NCBI GenBank assembly: GCA_036172245.1
Contig: JAYWIR010000001.1
Coordinates: forward strand, 4,588,001 to 4,652,000
Source: Raillietiella orientalis
Lineage: Eukaryota
Direction of reading: 5' to 3'
Length of the DNA: 64,000 nucleotides
Positions within the stretch are counted from its first letter, which is position 1; every line of letters starts with the position of its first letter. Under the pieces are notes generated by a model that did not search any database, was not told the origin of the DNA, and worked only from the letters and a program-made list of their open reading frames with translations. A program made the translations under genes and the position numbers. This document shows positions 38,812 through 50,444 of the stretch, piece after piece.

Positions 38812-39520
38812 GGAGGCCGTGTGGTTACGGTGGTCTCCGCGCGTGGCACCATGCGTCGTGGGTTCCGAAATTCACCCCACAAGATGACGCTGGTTGCCCT
38901 AAGCTCATCCGGGTGCGGCACTGGTGCCGGTTGAAACCGGATGCCCCCGATGAGGGCCGGGACAAATGGGAGTCGACTACCGGGTCCTTCCAGGAATCAC
39001 GGAGTGGGAGTTCCCCTCCGGTTGTGAAGGAGCGGACCCCCTATTCCGGGAGAACCCTCCGCGTCGTACTGATGGAGTAGGTGTGTCGCTATCAACTCTC
39101 CAGAGAGTGCAGAGAAGCGAGCCGATCCCTTCGGGGAAGCAGCGCCCTTCTGAATTCGGAAGTGTTTCTTCTGGATTCTCTTCAGAGGAGTAAACAGGAG
39201 CGGATCCCTTGCAGGGGATCCCTCCGGGGAAGAAATTCCAGGATCGGATCCTTTCCGGGTTCCCTTCAGAGAAGAAAGAATGGAGCAGACCCCCCCCGGG
39301 GGCCCTGCGGAGAGAATAAGGAAGGAGATTCTCTTTTGGATTACCCTTCGGAGACAACCAGGGTGGAGGCGATGTCCTGATCTCCATTTCCGGGGATCTC
39401 TCCCCAAGCGTTAGAGGAACGGACTCCGAGTCCTTCCTGGATTCATAGGGCGGAATCCTCCCGGGGTACCCCCTATCTTGAAGAATTACCCACCCTCGGG
39501 TGGCATGGAACTGTGTCGAA
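38812..39520 (+). mobile_element. Near full-length SINE-like copy (single B-box-type head)
   Basis: Colinear with the minus-strand copies at 43.1-44.7 kb, from ggccgtgtggtt to cttgaagaattac...caccctcgggtggcatggaac. GC-rich island in AT-rich DNA. Confidence 0.85.
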
Positions 39521-39860
39521 GAACTGCGAAGACAGAAAAGGATTTCCATCATCCTACAGACCAGTAGTAAATGCACCTTTCGTTCAGACTAACGAAACTA
39601 ATACTGAGGTGTTTCCATCCATCATACTTGTCAACATCTGCTTGGTGAAGAAGTAGAGGAGGTTGAGAATTTAGATTTCTTATTAATGTGAAGGATATTT
39701 GCTGTTATTTATACCAACGGTGAAGAGATTTTGAATTTATGTGTCCCTGAGTTTACCAGATGGCAAATACCAATTTCGTTTTACAGAGAGGCATATGCTC
39801 AAACTTTATGCTTAAGTCGCACCAATCCATAACATTAACCAAGAATAATCAAAAGCATAT

Positions 39861-39866
39861 TTTATT
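39861..39866 (-). promoter_or_regulatory. Probable polyadenylation signal (AATAAA) of yippee
   Basis: AATAAA on the minus strand ~120 nt after the stop, followed by T/GT-rich sequence. Confidence 0.55.
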
Positions 39867-39919
39867 GAATTCCAATAAGTGTCTACATTTCAGTTTAATT
39901 GCACACTCTTTATAACAAT

Positions 39920-39956
39920 CTACACTTTGATTTTAGCCAAAAGGCTGAGAAGCGAT
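39920..39956 (-). pseudogene. U2: U2 snRNA 5' fragment (nt 1-37)
   Basis: Minus strand reads ATCGCTTCTCAGCCTTTTGGCTAAAATCAAAGTGTAG, i.e. the U2 5' end (AUCGCUUCUCGGCCUUUUGGCUAAGAUCAAAGUGUAG) with two G>A changes. Similarity stops abruptly after GTGTAG. Confidence 0.92.
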
Positions 39957-39985
39957 GACATCTAAATCTGTATTCTTGCACACTG

Positions 39986-40392
39986 TCAGTCTTCACCAAT
40001 ATGTTCTTCAATTCCATCACTTTCTGTTACCAATGCTCTTTCTAATATGACTCTACCTTCTTTATACCGTTGTGTTTCTTCTAATGCAAATTCATAGATC
40101 CAGCCTAGTTTTGCATCACAATTTTTGCATGTAACATCCCTCACCATGTGTCTGCCAGTTAACATAACCCTGTCTTGCACTTCACTGATAAGAAATTGGA
40201 AATCTGCACAACTCAGGGTAGATTTACAGACCTGTAATTCAAATTAACCACTTTATTAAATAAGAAAGCTCTTCCAGTTGCACCTGTAAATCTTGTACTA
40301 ATTAGTTCTCCTCGATTTGTTAAGATTGTATCACATGCTGCACAAGAAAATAACCTGGTACCTCCTATATGATCTAGAAAAATCCTTCCCAT
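39986..40392 (-). CDS. YPEL5: Yippee / YPEL5-like zinc-binding protein, 2 coding exons
   Basis: Exons 40392-40232 and 40184-39986 (47-nt GT-AG intron): [87 protein letters not shown]...[22 protein letters not shown]. Confidence 0.97.
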
Positions 40393-43144
40393 TATGTGTT
40401 TGTGAATGCTAGAATCAAAACACAAATCAGTACATGGATATTTCACTGTGTATATTATTCACAATACAAACATATTTTTAGCAATTCTCTTAAACATTAT
40501 TTGATCAAATGCTCATAGATCTCTCTATATCATCACAATGATCATAAAATAATCTAGAAAATATATGGATTCTTAAAAAGCAAATCTTACGCCTTACTTT
40601 TCACTAGCAAATGATTCAATTATTTCACAATGTTTGTGAAACAATGTAAGATTTTTCCAAATGAACAATACATGCTACTATCAGATGCTCCCATCGTTGC
40701 TACGGGACAAATCTTTTCCCTTGTTGTACTCAAAGCTTTACACCATGAAAGAATTTCTTTACATTTGCACAAACAAAGCATTAAAGAAATATGCCACGAT
40801 ATGTTTTCTTTCTTACTACCTTGAAAAAGCCTAGCATGTTAACTAAACAATTGCATACTGACCAGCAATATCTTTTTTGTGTACATAAAGCTTAATTAAA
40901 AAAGTAACAGTGTTATAAAAAAAAAAAGTCAATCAAATTTAATCACAGAAAATTATTTATTCACACCTAAATTATTTGGTGCTGGAACAAAACTTTCTTC
41001 AAAATCCCCATACAGTACTATTCAAAGCAAACACAACAACTAAAATTCGATTACATCAATTCAAAAAACCACCTAACAAAAGTTTCGCACTCAAGAGGTT
41101 GAACAAAACTCTTTAAAAACATTCGGAATACATGCACTATTGGAGATAATTCACATAAAAAGACAACTGAAATTCACTGATCATAATCTGATTAAAATAT
41201 TTTTTTTAACGCAGTACAGAAATTAGACTGACACCAACTTCGAAGATTTTATCGTATTATTTTGATTTTGCAGTTCTGCCAACATAGTCAGCAATTTTCA
41301 ATAGTTTCGCAACTATCAGTATGAATATATGACATAGCTCAAAAAAGTATCAACATAAATAGTGTTAAAAATTTTTAAATTTACATGCATTCTCCAAATT
41401 ATATGCATTTTGAAAAAATAAATTCAAAATGCTAGCGGCTTTCAACATATTTGATGACAAAGCACAATGTAGGTATGTATCTTTTCGATTTAGGCAGCTT
41501 TTTATTTTTTACATTGTATCTACATATCTTATAGGCTAAATGAATTCATAATCTCAGCTTATGTATGACAATGACTCGCACATTACTAATAGGTGTGAGA
41601 AGTCCTATGCATTAGCAATAATGTCGAAAGAATATGTATGTTTTCTGATAATAATTCAGATAGTTTTAAGATCCCAATTTTAAGCAAAGAAGGAAGCAGA
41701 ATGCAAAATTCGTTAAAGAATGCTTTATGAGGGTACACCATGATTTTTTCAATAAAGAAATCCAAAATTGAAATTCTTTTACAAATAACAGAGGAACAAT
41801 CAAATCATCCTTTTGCAAATCGGTAAAAAAACTTTTTTCCATCACCTCATCTCCAGTATGGGACTTGGTTCCTTTTTCATTGCTTTGTAATATTAGTTAA
41901 AAATCTAAATTAATCAAGAAAACTGAGCGGCTCTATGCTAACTGGTACTTCTGAGAGGAATTATTTTTATTAATAAAGATTGCTTTTGCATATCAACTGT
42001 GCTAAAATACAAGAATACATCTTACAAGAAGCAAATGCATAAGAAAATGATCACAAAAGAGAATCATTAATGCATGTCCAAAATCATGAGCTGCAAATAC
42101 AAAATTGAAGGGCAAAAACAAGCACCAATAATCATTATATCTACAAATAGGAGTGAAAAATGAACTGAAGATCGGATATGGAATGTTTTGAAAGATTCAA
42201 AAACTCAGTGGAGTTTACATTTGGCGACTACAAAAACGTTTTATACAAACGATCGAGGCCAATTATACTTAATCACCAATGAACTGTTATGTGCAGCATA
42301 AGTCTTTTAGACAGTTTCGTAGTACAGGAGACTTTATGAAATGAGTTAAATGCTTAAAAATTCAATGTGAATCTTTGGGAAAGCATTCCTTAATTTATAT
42401 TTGCAATGTAAAAAAACACTTCAAACTTGTATGTATTATGATTTCTTGCTATTACATAACTGTTTGCTAATGCAGGATTTCAGGAAATTCTGTTTCATTT
42501 CCAAAGTAATTAAATGATTTATGAAACATGTATGCGGTGTTCATGGTTTATTTTCCTGTTAAAAGAACATATGAAAACTCCTGATGACTCATTTGCAATG
42601 GAATTAAGCTCTTGCACGAAAATGTTCCAAGTAAATTCTATCTCACAATGAACATAGTATTCAAATACTAGGTTCATCATAGTGGCATTTTTTTTTGTTT
42701 AAAGTACAATGCATTAAAATGTAGAATTTTCAAAATGGCTTTTGAAAAGTGGCTTAAAATCGCAATCAACATTTATTCTTTTAATGATACTTGTCCTCAT
42801 TAGACTCAAGTCGTCACCATTCCCTGTTCTTCCATCATTCTGTGGATTCTCTTGAAAAAAAGGGAAACAAAAATGCAAGCGAAAAGAACACCTTCATGAA
42901 TATGAGTCATCTTGTTAATGGTAAAATCATGCCTTAAAGAATTACCATCATGCTTTTCTCTTAAATCGTATTTCGATCAGGTCTTGAAGCAGCCATCCTT
43001 GGTGCCTTTCTCAAGGAGAGACACCCAAAATGGTGCAGAATCAGGTTGATTGGATGCGTGAAGATGCTTGGAGCAACAAGCATACGTTCATCTTAATTGA
43101 TCAAAAAGCGAACCTCTATTGACAACAGCTGTGTTGTTGCTGTG

Positions 43145-43916
43145 GGTTTTCTTTGTTCTTTTTTTTTGGTTCGCCAAGTGCTGAAGAACCGTCTGCATTT
43201 TTCAGGAAGAGGGCTCACGGAGTTCTTTAACTCTTCCCACGTCACCCGAAGGTATGTGGAAATTCTTCAAGTTGCGGGGCAGCCCTGGAGGGATCACCCC
43301 ATGAATCCAGAAGAAGGGAACTTCTTTCTTGTTCCCTCCGGCACGGTCTCCCGGAGGGGAACACTCCTCCTTTCTTGTTAGAAACCGCTACCAGTGCCGC
43401 ACCCGAATTGAACCCGGAAAGGATCCGCTACTGAATTTCTTCCCCAGAAGGAACCACAAGGGAGCCGCTCCTTGTTTCTTCCTCTGAAGAGAACCCCGAA
43501 GGGACGCTTTCGAATTTTCTCTAAAGGGTCGCTCCCCTAAGGGAGCAGCGCGCTTCCTCACACTTTGGAGGGGTGTCGATCCACCAGCTCCATGGTACGA
43601 AATAGAGGGTCCCCCCTTCGGAGAGGATCGCTCCATTTTCACAACCGGAGGGAACCCCGAAGGGAACCGGTTCCTTGGTTCCTGGAATGACTCCTCAAAT
43701 TCCAATCCCGGCCAGTCAACGGGGGCACCCGGTTTCCAACAGTGTCGCCGCACCCGAACGCTACAGGCAAACCAGCGTCATCCTTCAGGGGGGACTCGAA
43801 TACCCACAACGCACCCCCTATTTCTCGGCGTCGATCCTTCCCCGGGCGGGATTCGAACCCGTTCCACCAGGTGCCGCACGCGGAGAAACCGCAACCACGC
43901 GGCCGAAGACGCGGGC
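43145..43916 (-). mobile_element. Full-length SINE-like copy with tRNA-like head and A-rich tail
   Basis: Sense strand starts GCCCGCGTC...TGGTTGCGG (A-box-like)...GGGTTCGAATCCCG (B box) and ends gaaccaaaaaaaaagaacaaag. Confidence 0.85.
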
Positions 43917-44004
43917 AATGGTGTTATGGATAGCGGTTTCGTGCCGACCAGCTTGGATGGAAACCCTTTTTGAGCTCTTTTCTGTCTTCGTTGTTTTCCT
44001 TCCA

Positions 44005-44721
44005 GTTTTTTTTTTTTTTGGTTCGCTGACTACCTCAAGAGGCGTTGAACGCCTGGCGGCTCTTTGACACTGTTCCATGCCACCCAAAGGTGCATGTAAT
44101 TCTTCAAGATAGGGGGTACTCAGGGAGGGGACCTCCCTACGAATCCAGGAAGGGTTCAAGTCCGTTCCTCTCACGCCTGGGGAGGAATCCCTCGAGGGAA
44201 ACCTCCACCCTGGTTGTCTCCGAAGGGAACCTCCAAGGGAATCTCCTTCCTTATTCTCTCCGGAGGGACCCCCGAAGGGATCCATTCCCGGTTTCCTCCT
44301 CTGAAGAGAACCCCGAAGGGACGCTTCCGATATTTCTTAGAAGGGCGCTCCTGAAGGGAGCGGTACGCTGTGTACTCTGGAGAGGTACCACACCTACTCC
44401 ATGGTACGAGACGGAGGGTCCTCTCCGAAACGAGGTTCCCTAGTCCGCACAACAGGAGGGAAATCTTCACTCCTTGATTCTGTTTCCTGGAAGGACCCGG
44501 AGGTCGACTCCCATTGTCCCGGCCCTCATCGGGGGCATCCGGTTTTAACCGCTACCAGTCCGCACCCGAATGAATAGGGGCCAACCAGCGTCATCTTCCG
44601 GGAGGAACTTGAACCCACGACGCACCTCTATTTCTCGGCGTGGATTCTTGTCGAGTATTCGAACCTGCAACGTTTGGTGCCACGCGAGCGGACACTGCAG
44701 CAACACGGTCGCCGACGCGGG
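44005..44721 (-). mobile_element. Second full-length SINE-like copy, head-to-tail with the previous one
   Basis: Same head (cccgcgtcggcgaccgtgttgctgc...GGTTCGAATAC), same body, and a gaacc + poly(A) tail. Confidence 0.85.
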
Positions 44722-45579
44722 AAAGGGTGTTATGGGTAGGGTTTCCGTGTTCACCAACCTTTCAATGCTGGAAACGCGCCGAAAAATTTCGAGGCAACGA
44801 GCCCTATGGTGCTGCCGCCACACTCATTCCTTCTTCCTGCCAATACGCGACTTTTCCTCGACCTAATCCCGCTTCTCCCCTGAGCAGCATCAGTGGCCCG
44901 CATCGGCGCTGAGGTCACGAGGACGAAAGTTCCAGGACTTCCAACCGTATCTCGGTGGAATTGTATACGACGCTTCGCGCTGTGTTTTCCCAATGACGTC
45001 GATATTGGGCTGGAGTGGAATAACGACACAATGGGAATCAGAACTCTCGAGAACGGGCAAATTTTCGGGCTAGAATTCGCTGCGCTGTGGTGGACTCTCT
45101 GATGCGGGACTGCGCACTGATCTTTCTGCACCAAATCCTCTGCGAACAACGGTGCGACTCTGTTCGGGATTCATTCCTCCCATCAGTTTCGTCAACTCGG
45201 AAATTCTTGGTTGCAGGAGTCCGACACCGTGAAAGGTGAAAGAAAGAAGTTTCAGGAAGCCGGACAACCTTTTCCGAAGAACAGGAGATCACTTGCAACT
45301 TTTCAAGACTGCTTCCTTGGAAGCGGGGTGCGCAGGAAGGATCACTGGGAAACGGTTCCACTGCGGCAGCCTCACTTGATTTGGGCATACCTCTGCAATG
45401 CCTCCAGCTGCGTCCCTTGCAGTGCTCGGCTGTCTTCGCGGGATCGTGGCGACATGGGCGGCCAGGAGAAGAGATCAGAATCAAAGGAACGTCGTCCACT
45501 GGGCGACAGCCTTCTTGAAGGCCGCCTTGAGATTACCTCACCTGGGTAACCTTAGGGAAGAACTTGTCAGCATCCTGTC

Positions 45580-45810
45580 CAGTGTGTCGTACCTTCGTAC
45601 TGTCAAAGCAGGTTCATGAGCTGAAAGAGGTGGTTTTCTCCTGTGGATGAGAGGTGGTTCGAAGGCAATCCGTCATGCTCCTGAACTCTGAGCAGTATGA
45701 TTGACGAGTTCTAGTACCGACCGGAAGAAGAGAACGTCCGTCGATTGCTCTTCGCTAGTTCTACTTCCTCAAAGAAAGGATGCATTGGGAAGGGGATTTT
45801 CTTCGTTATC
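45580..45810. repeat. Local duplication, copy 1 (internally deleted relative to 46627-47230)
   Basis: 45580-45687 matches 46627-46729, and 45689-45810 matches 47108-47230. Confidence 0.85.
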
Positions 45811-46626
45811 ATTGTCCAGGATGCTGAGAACGCCTCCCAGCGATCCCATCCGCAATCCCGTCTCCTTGCCCAGCGGAACTTTTCCTCCCGTTTTTCTTTC
45901 CTGCTTGCTTGTTTGTTTTCCAGTTCTCTCCATTCCCCGTCGCCGTGGAAACGGGTCTCGCCGGTCTACGCACCGGTCATGGCAAGTTTCGAGTACGTGG
46001 TGCAGCCAAGTGTTTCACCCCGCCAGAACATTTAAGTGTATTCTTATTATTCTTGTATAACAAATGGCCAGGGAAAACCGGGTGGAAAAGCTTGGTTTGG
46101 GTTTACAGAAACGATGATGTTAAGAGGAAGTGGACTTCGTGCAATGCAAGACTCTAAAAGCTGCTGTTTTTTCACGAGGTCGGAACGCATCCAGGAAATT
46201 TAAAGTATCTCAGGCCATGACACAGGGTTTCAGAGAAGTGTGCCCGAAGAAATATCCACCTTCGCAAAGCGAGTTGATATCCTTTCATGAAGTGCGAGCA
46301 GATGGAGTTTCGTGAAGTACAGTGATTGCAAGCGTGTTGCTAATGGAGATCTGCGAGTGCTGCAGGGATTCCAATGCATCCCTTCGATTGGCCTTCTGCA
46401 AAGCGCAAAAGTTTTTCTGCCGACGAGGTTTCCTGTTGGGCCGCGGGAGAAGCAACAGGGAAAGTTGATTTCAAAAGCCCCAGCGCTCAGGAGTGATCCC
46501 ATCGTTTTCCAGCTATTCGTCAGAGAGGAGAAAAAGAAGCTGGAATTTTTTCCCACTCCTTTCCCTGCTACGAAAACGATCGCTATCATTTACTGGCAGT
46601 TGGGAAGAGTGCCAGAAGGAATACTG

Positions 46627-47230
46627 CTGTGTTTGTCGTACCTTCGTACTGTGAAAGCATGGGCTGAAAGAGGTGGTGTTCCCCTGTGGATGAGAGGTGG
46701 TTCGAAGGCAATCCATCATGCTCCTGAACACGTGCCGCCGCCGTTGGATTCACTGCAACCAAGCACTCGCGATCGGGAACTCGTGTGTCGGCGTCATGAA
46801 AAGCAGCTGCCAAGAAATCATTCCGACTGCGGCTTGGCTGCATTCGAAATTCTCGGGGAAAGATGCCCGTGCAGTTGCAGGGATAGAAGTCTTGGCTCTT
46901 TGTGAGCGGGGACACATGCTACGTCCTTCTCAAACTGTGCAGGTTCATGGCATCAACTTGACTGGTATGGGGACAGCAGTCATTTTGGCTGAAACCAGAG
47001 AGCAGGATTCCGCATTGTCGGACTGAATTTTTCCATGACTATGCCGGAGCGTCACGTGTCAACGTCACGCGCTGTTTGCACTTGACCTTCTATGCAGCAA
47101 AAGACACTGAGCAGTATGGTTCCGAATTCTAGTACTGACCGGAAGAAGAGAACGTCTGACGAGTGCGCCTCGCCTAGTTGTACGTCCTCAAAGGATGGAT
47201 GCATTGGATGGGGATTTTCTTTGTTATCCA
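46627..47230. repeat. Local duplication, copy 2 (contains an extra ~380 nt)
   Basis: Shares gtcgtaccttcgtactgt...gatgagaggtggttcgaaggcaatcc and ctgagcagtatg...gaccggaagaagagaacgtc blocks with copy 1. Confidence 0.85.
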
Positions 47231-50200
47231 CGAAAAATATTCCTTGATTCAGCCTTCTAAGAAAAAGGCTGCTTCTCGGAAAGGGAGGCAAGCATACTGT
47301 AAGATAACACTGCAAGATACGTTGCTCTCCCTTCTTTCAACTTTCATCAGATACCACGGATCGTAGGAAGAGACTTAAGAACGGAGGAGCATGGAAATTG
47401 AATCACGTACGGACCCAAGTCCTCAAAATAGAAGGGTTCACAAGCATGAAGACATGTGGAGCTGTCAAACAAGGCACTGCCGGACATCGTCCATTCATTC
47501 ACTGCGTCCATTCATTCGTCTTTGGAATTTTCTGGAAAGCACTCGTGCTTCCGTTACCAGAATTCAGTCCTGCCAAGTTTGAAGCTCATTTTGCAGGCGT
47601 CCTCTTTTCGGAGTCATTCTTCATGCGGGATGCCAGCAAGATGCTACAACCGGTTATCGGTTTTCAGCAGATGGCCAGGTGTCGAAAAAGAGGGTCTCCA
47701 GCTCTGTCTAAGGAGGCCTCAGAGCTTCGGCTGGAGATGGGGTCTGATGACTTGGTCGCTCTGTCCAACGGGATGATACATTATGGGAAAAAGTCATTTC
47801 CGGTTCCCGATGCGGAGGGTCGCTCTTGTGAAAGAGACCCTGCGGAGGCTTCTTTTTTTAATTTTATTTTACTGGGGTAAGAGGAACTCTCAGGGTTCAG
47901 ACACGGATGCTTCGGTTACTCGTTTAAGAGAAGTTGGGTCTCCGTTCTCTTGTGTTCTCGTTCCGTTTGCATTGGGGGGACTGCGGTTCCACTGTGCGAT
48001 TTCAGAGGGCGAAGAGACTCGTGGTTGAGGTTGCAATTCCACCCTCTCAAATCTCAAAGCGAATGAGACTGAATTTCTCGCGACTGCTGCGCCTCAGATA
48101 AACAATTAAACGCCCCTTCGAGCATTAATCTTGTCCCCCTCCTGATGCCATGCGATGCTGAGGATCGGAATTTGCTTCGTTCATCTCACACGTTCAAACC
48201 TGGAGATCTCCCTCTCACCCCATATCTCTGAGACGGCAGCAAAGATGGGTAAACCTTCTCTTCCTTGCTCTTCCCTCGACTTCACCCCATGCCCTTGTTT
48301 GCGAAAAATCAAAGATGGCTCTCAGGTCGTGAGATTAGAAGTTCTTGCGGAGACCTCACCAGATACTTACTAGACGAGCACCCACTTCGTCCTACACCAG
48401 CCAGGACACCGAATTTCTGCCCCGACGCCCTTCCTTACAGAGAACCCATCAGCCCGATTGTCTCAACTTGCTGGAACGGGTGCTCTTTCGAAATTTCCCG
48501 GTCCCTCATAAATTTGCTGGGAGACCCTTCTTAATCCGGACGTTTCTTTCGTGCAGGCTTGGCAGCTCCGCTCCAAACAAAGGCATCCCAAGATGTTGCC
48601 TGCTCATGGAAACGACCTGGATCCATAGATCCAGGTGATCAAGTGGGAAGGACCTGAAAAATGAGGGGACTGATTCCGTGTGTCCAAACAGTTCCCCGGC
48701 GGATCGGTCAGGTTCTTTTGCCAATCCACTAAATAGCAGAGAGCTTGCTGACTGCTGCTTCTCAAAAGGAAAGCCCGCATCATCTCTGATGAACTCATCT
48801 GTTGTTGATTTCGAAAATCTGCTCAAAAATGCCTGGGGTTCTCAATTGCCGATTGCTGATTTCGGCTTCCTAGAAACACTCTAGTGGTCATCACGATAGC
48901 AACAACGACATCTCCCCAAAACACATGTCACCTCTCTCAGCTTCCAAGAAACGTCTGGTCACTTTTAATATCATCCGGTTTCAACAGCGGGTTTCTTCAT
49001 TTAAAACGAACTTTAAGCAGAAGCACCAATGCGCTTCGTTTAGCATGGAGACTTTGACCCCATCTGACTGCCCTCAGCCGCTTTGATGATGCATCCAGAT
49101 ATTCCGCAACGCATCCTGGTTCAAGGGATCTACGATCATCAAAGCACGGGCGAGAATCGAATTTCTGAGGGAGCATCCTGTGACCGAACCTGCATCTGTA
49201 CGGAAGCGTTTCTTGCCATCCGCTTTCATGGAACGTTTTCACGTGACCCTTTCCTGTCAAGCAACGCAGTTACCGTCGTGTGTGAATCATGCTTTGCTGA
49301 CAGCTTTCTGGAGGACACGACACCTTGTTTTGGATTTGTAGCTCTTCGAAGGTCACCTTACTTGGAGCGACTCCAAAGTTCTTGGTTTCGTACTGCTTCC
49401 AAGATGATTGCATCGATAGACGGGAAGAGTGAGGACCTAGATTTCTTCTACCTCTTTTCCGATCGGACGGAAAAGGGAAACTATTGGGGAAACCACATCT
49501 AGACGTCGACCCGTCACAAACTCGTCGTCTGCACGGATGCCGCTTGAGATTTTGCTCAGTTCCGATGAACGTCTTCCTAGACTGTGTAATTCCTCGACCA
49601 CTAGTGGATTCCTCGTCCGCGGCTTGGTTACCTGCGATTTTCGCCTTTCGCCGAGAGCAGAAGGTTTAAACGCGTCTCCCTTTCCCTGTTGTCGCAGGTG
49701 CTAATTTTCCAACATGTCTTCCGTGCTGCTGTTTTTTATTCTTTTCATCGAAACAAAAGGACTTCGGCAAGTGTCGGAGTAGTCAGTCAACCCATGAAAA
49801 TCCTTCGCTCTCGTCTTCGCTCCCTGTCATCCCTGTCTTCGCTCAAATCTTCGAGCTCCTCACGAGTGTTTCCAACGCACTTTGAACCGAATAGCACAAA
49901 AGGTGGACCTATTCCGTTCACGATTGAGAGGTCACTGATGTTAGCTCGGAAGTTTTGCTATCCGCCTCCTGAACGAAACAAAACGTAACGCTTCGGATAA
50001 AATAAACGTTTGCTGACCGGCCCAAACTGCCTTTACATATTCTGTGCATTTCCAATACCAAGCCCCCTTCTTTTGGTTCTTATGCGATGACGCCGTGGGA
50101 TGAACTGAAACGTTAGGTCACTCCACTCCCGATTTGGCACCCCCGACAGATTCATGGAAGGCGCTGGTTGCCATGGATACGGACGGAGGTGGCAATATCG

Positions 50201-50412
50201 TTGGAGCCTGCTAAAGTGTGTGCGACAATCCACATGCCGAAGCAAACGACCCTGCGGATGGGTGGCGTTTAAGAGTCGAGTGCCTATACCCAACCGCTGG
50301 GCAGAGTTGTTTCTGCCTTGCAGAGTTCCATCATCTCAGGCAAGTTCTTTCCAGGTTCTTCTTAAATCCTGAAAATCTTGGTGATGGCAGAAAATACTCC
50401 AGTCAGCTCTCA

Positions 50413-50444
50413 CCTAACCTAACCAATCCTAACCTACCCTAACC
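50413..50444. repeat. Short degenerate (CCTAA)n / TTAGG-like tract
   Basis: cctaa cctaa ccaat cctaa cctac cctaa cc. Confidence 0.7.

Noticed and set aside
38940-38965. CCGATGAG in the SINE body resembling a hammerhead CUGAUGA core
   Set aside because: Core is mismatched, no correctly placed GAAA, and other copies read ccgttgac.
48500-50110. Possible MULE transposase remnant (WYWKCTEY, FLYWCH-like)
   Set aside because: Only a short motif amid many stops and frameshifts; cannot be supported without an HMM search.
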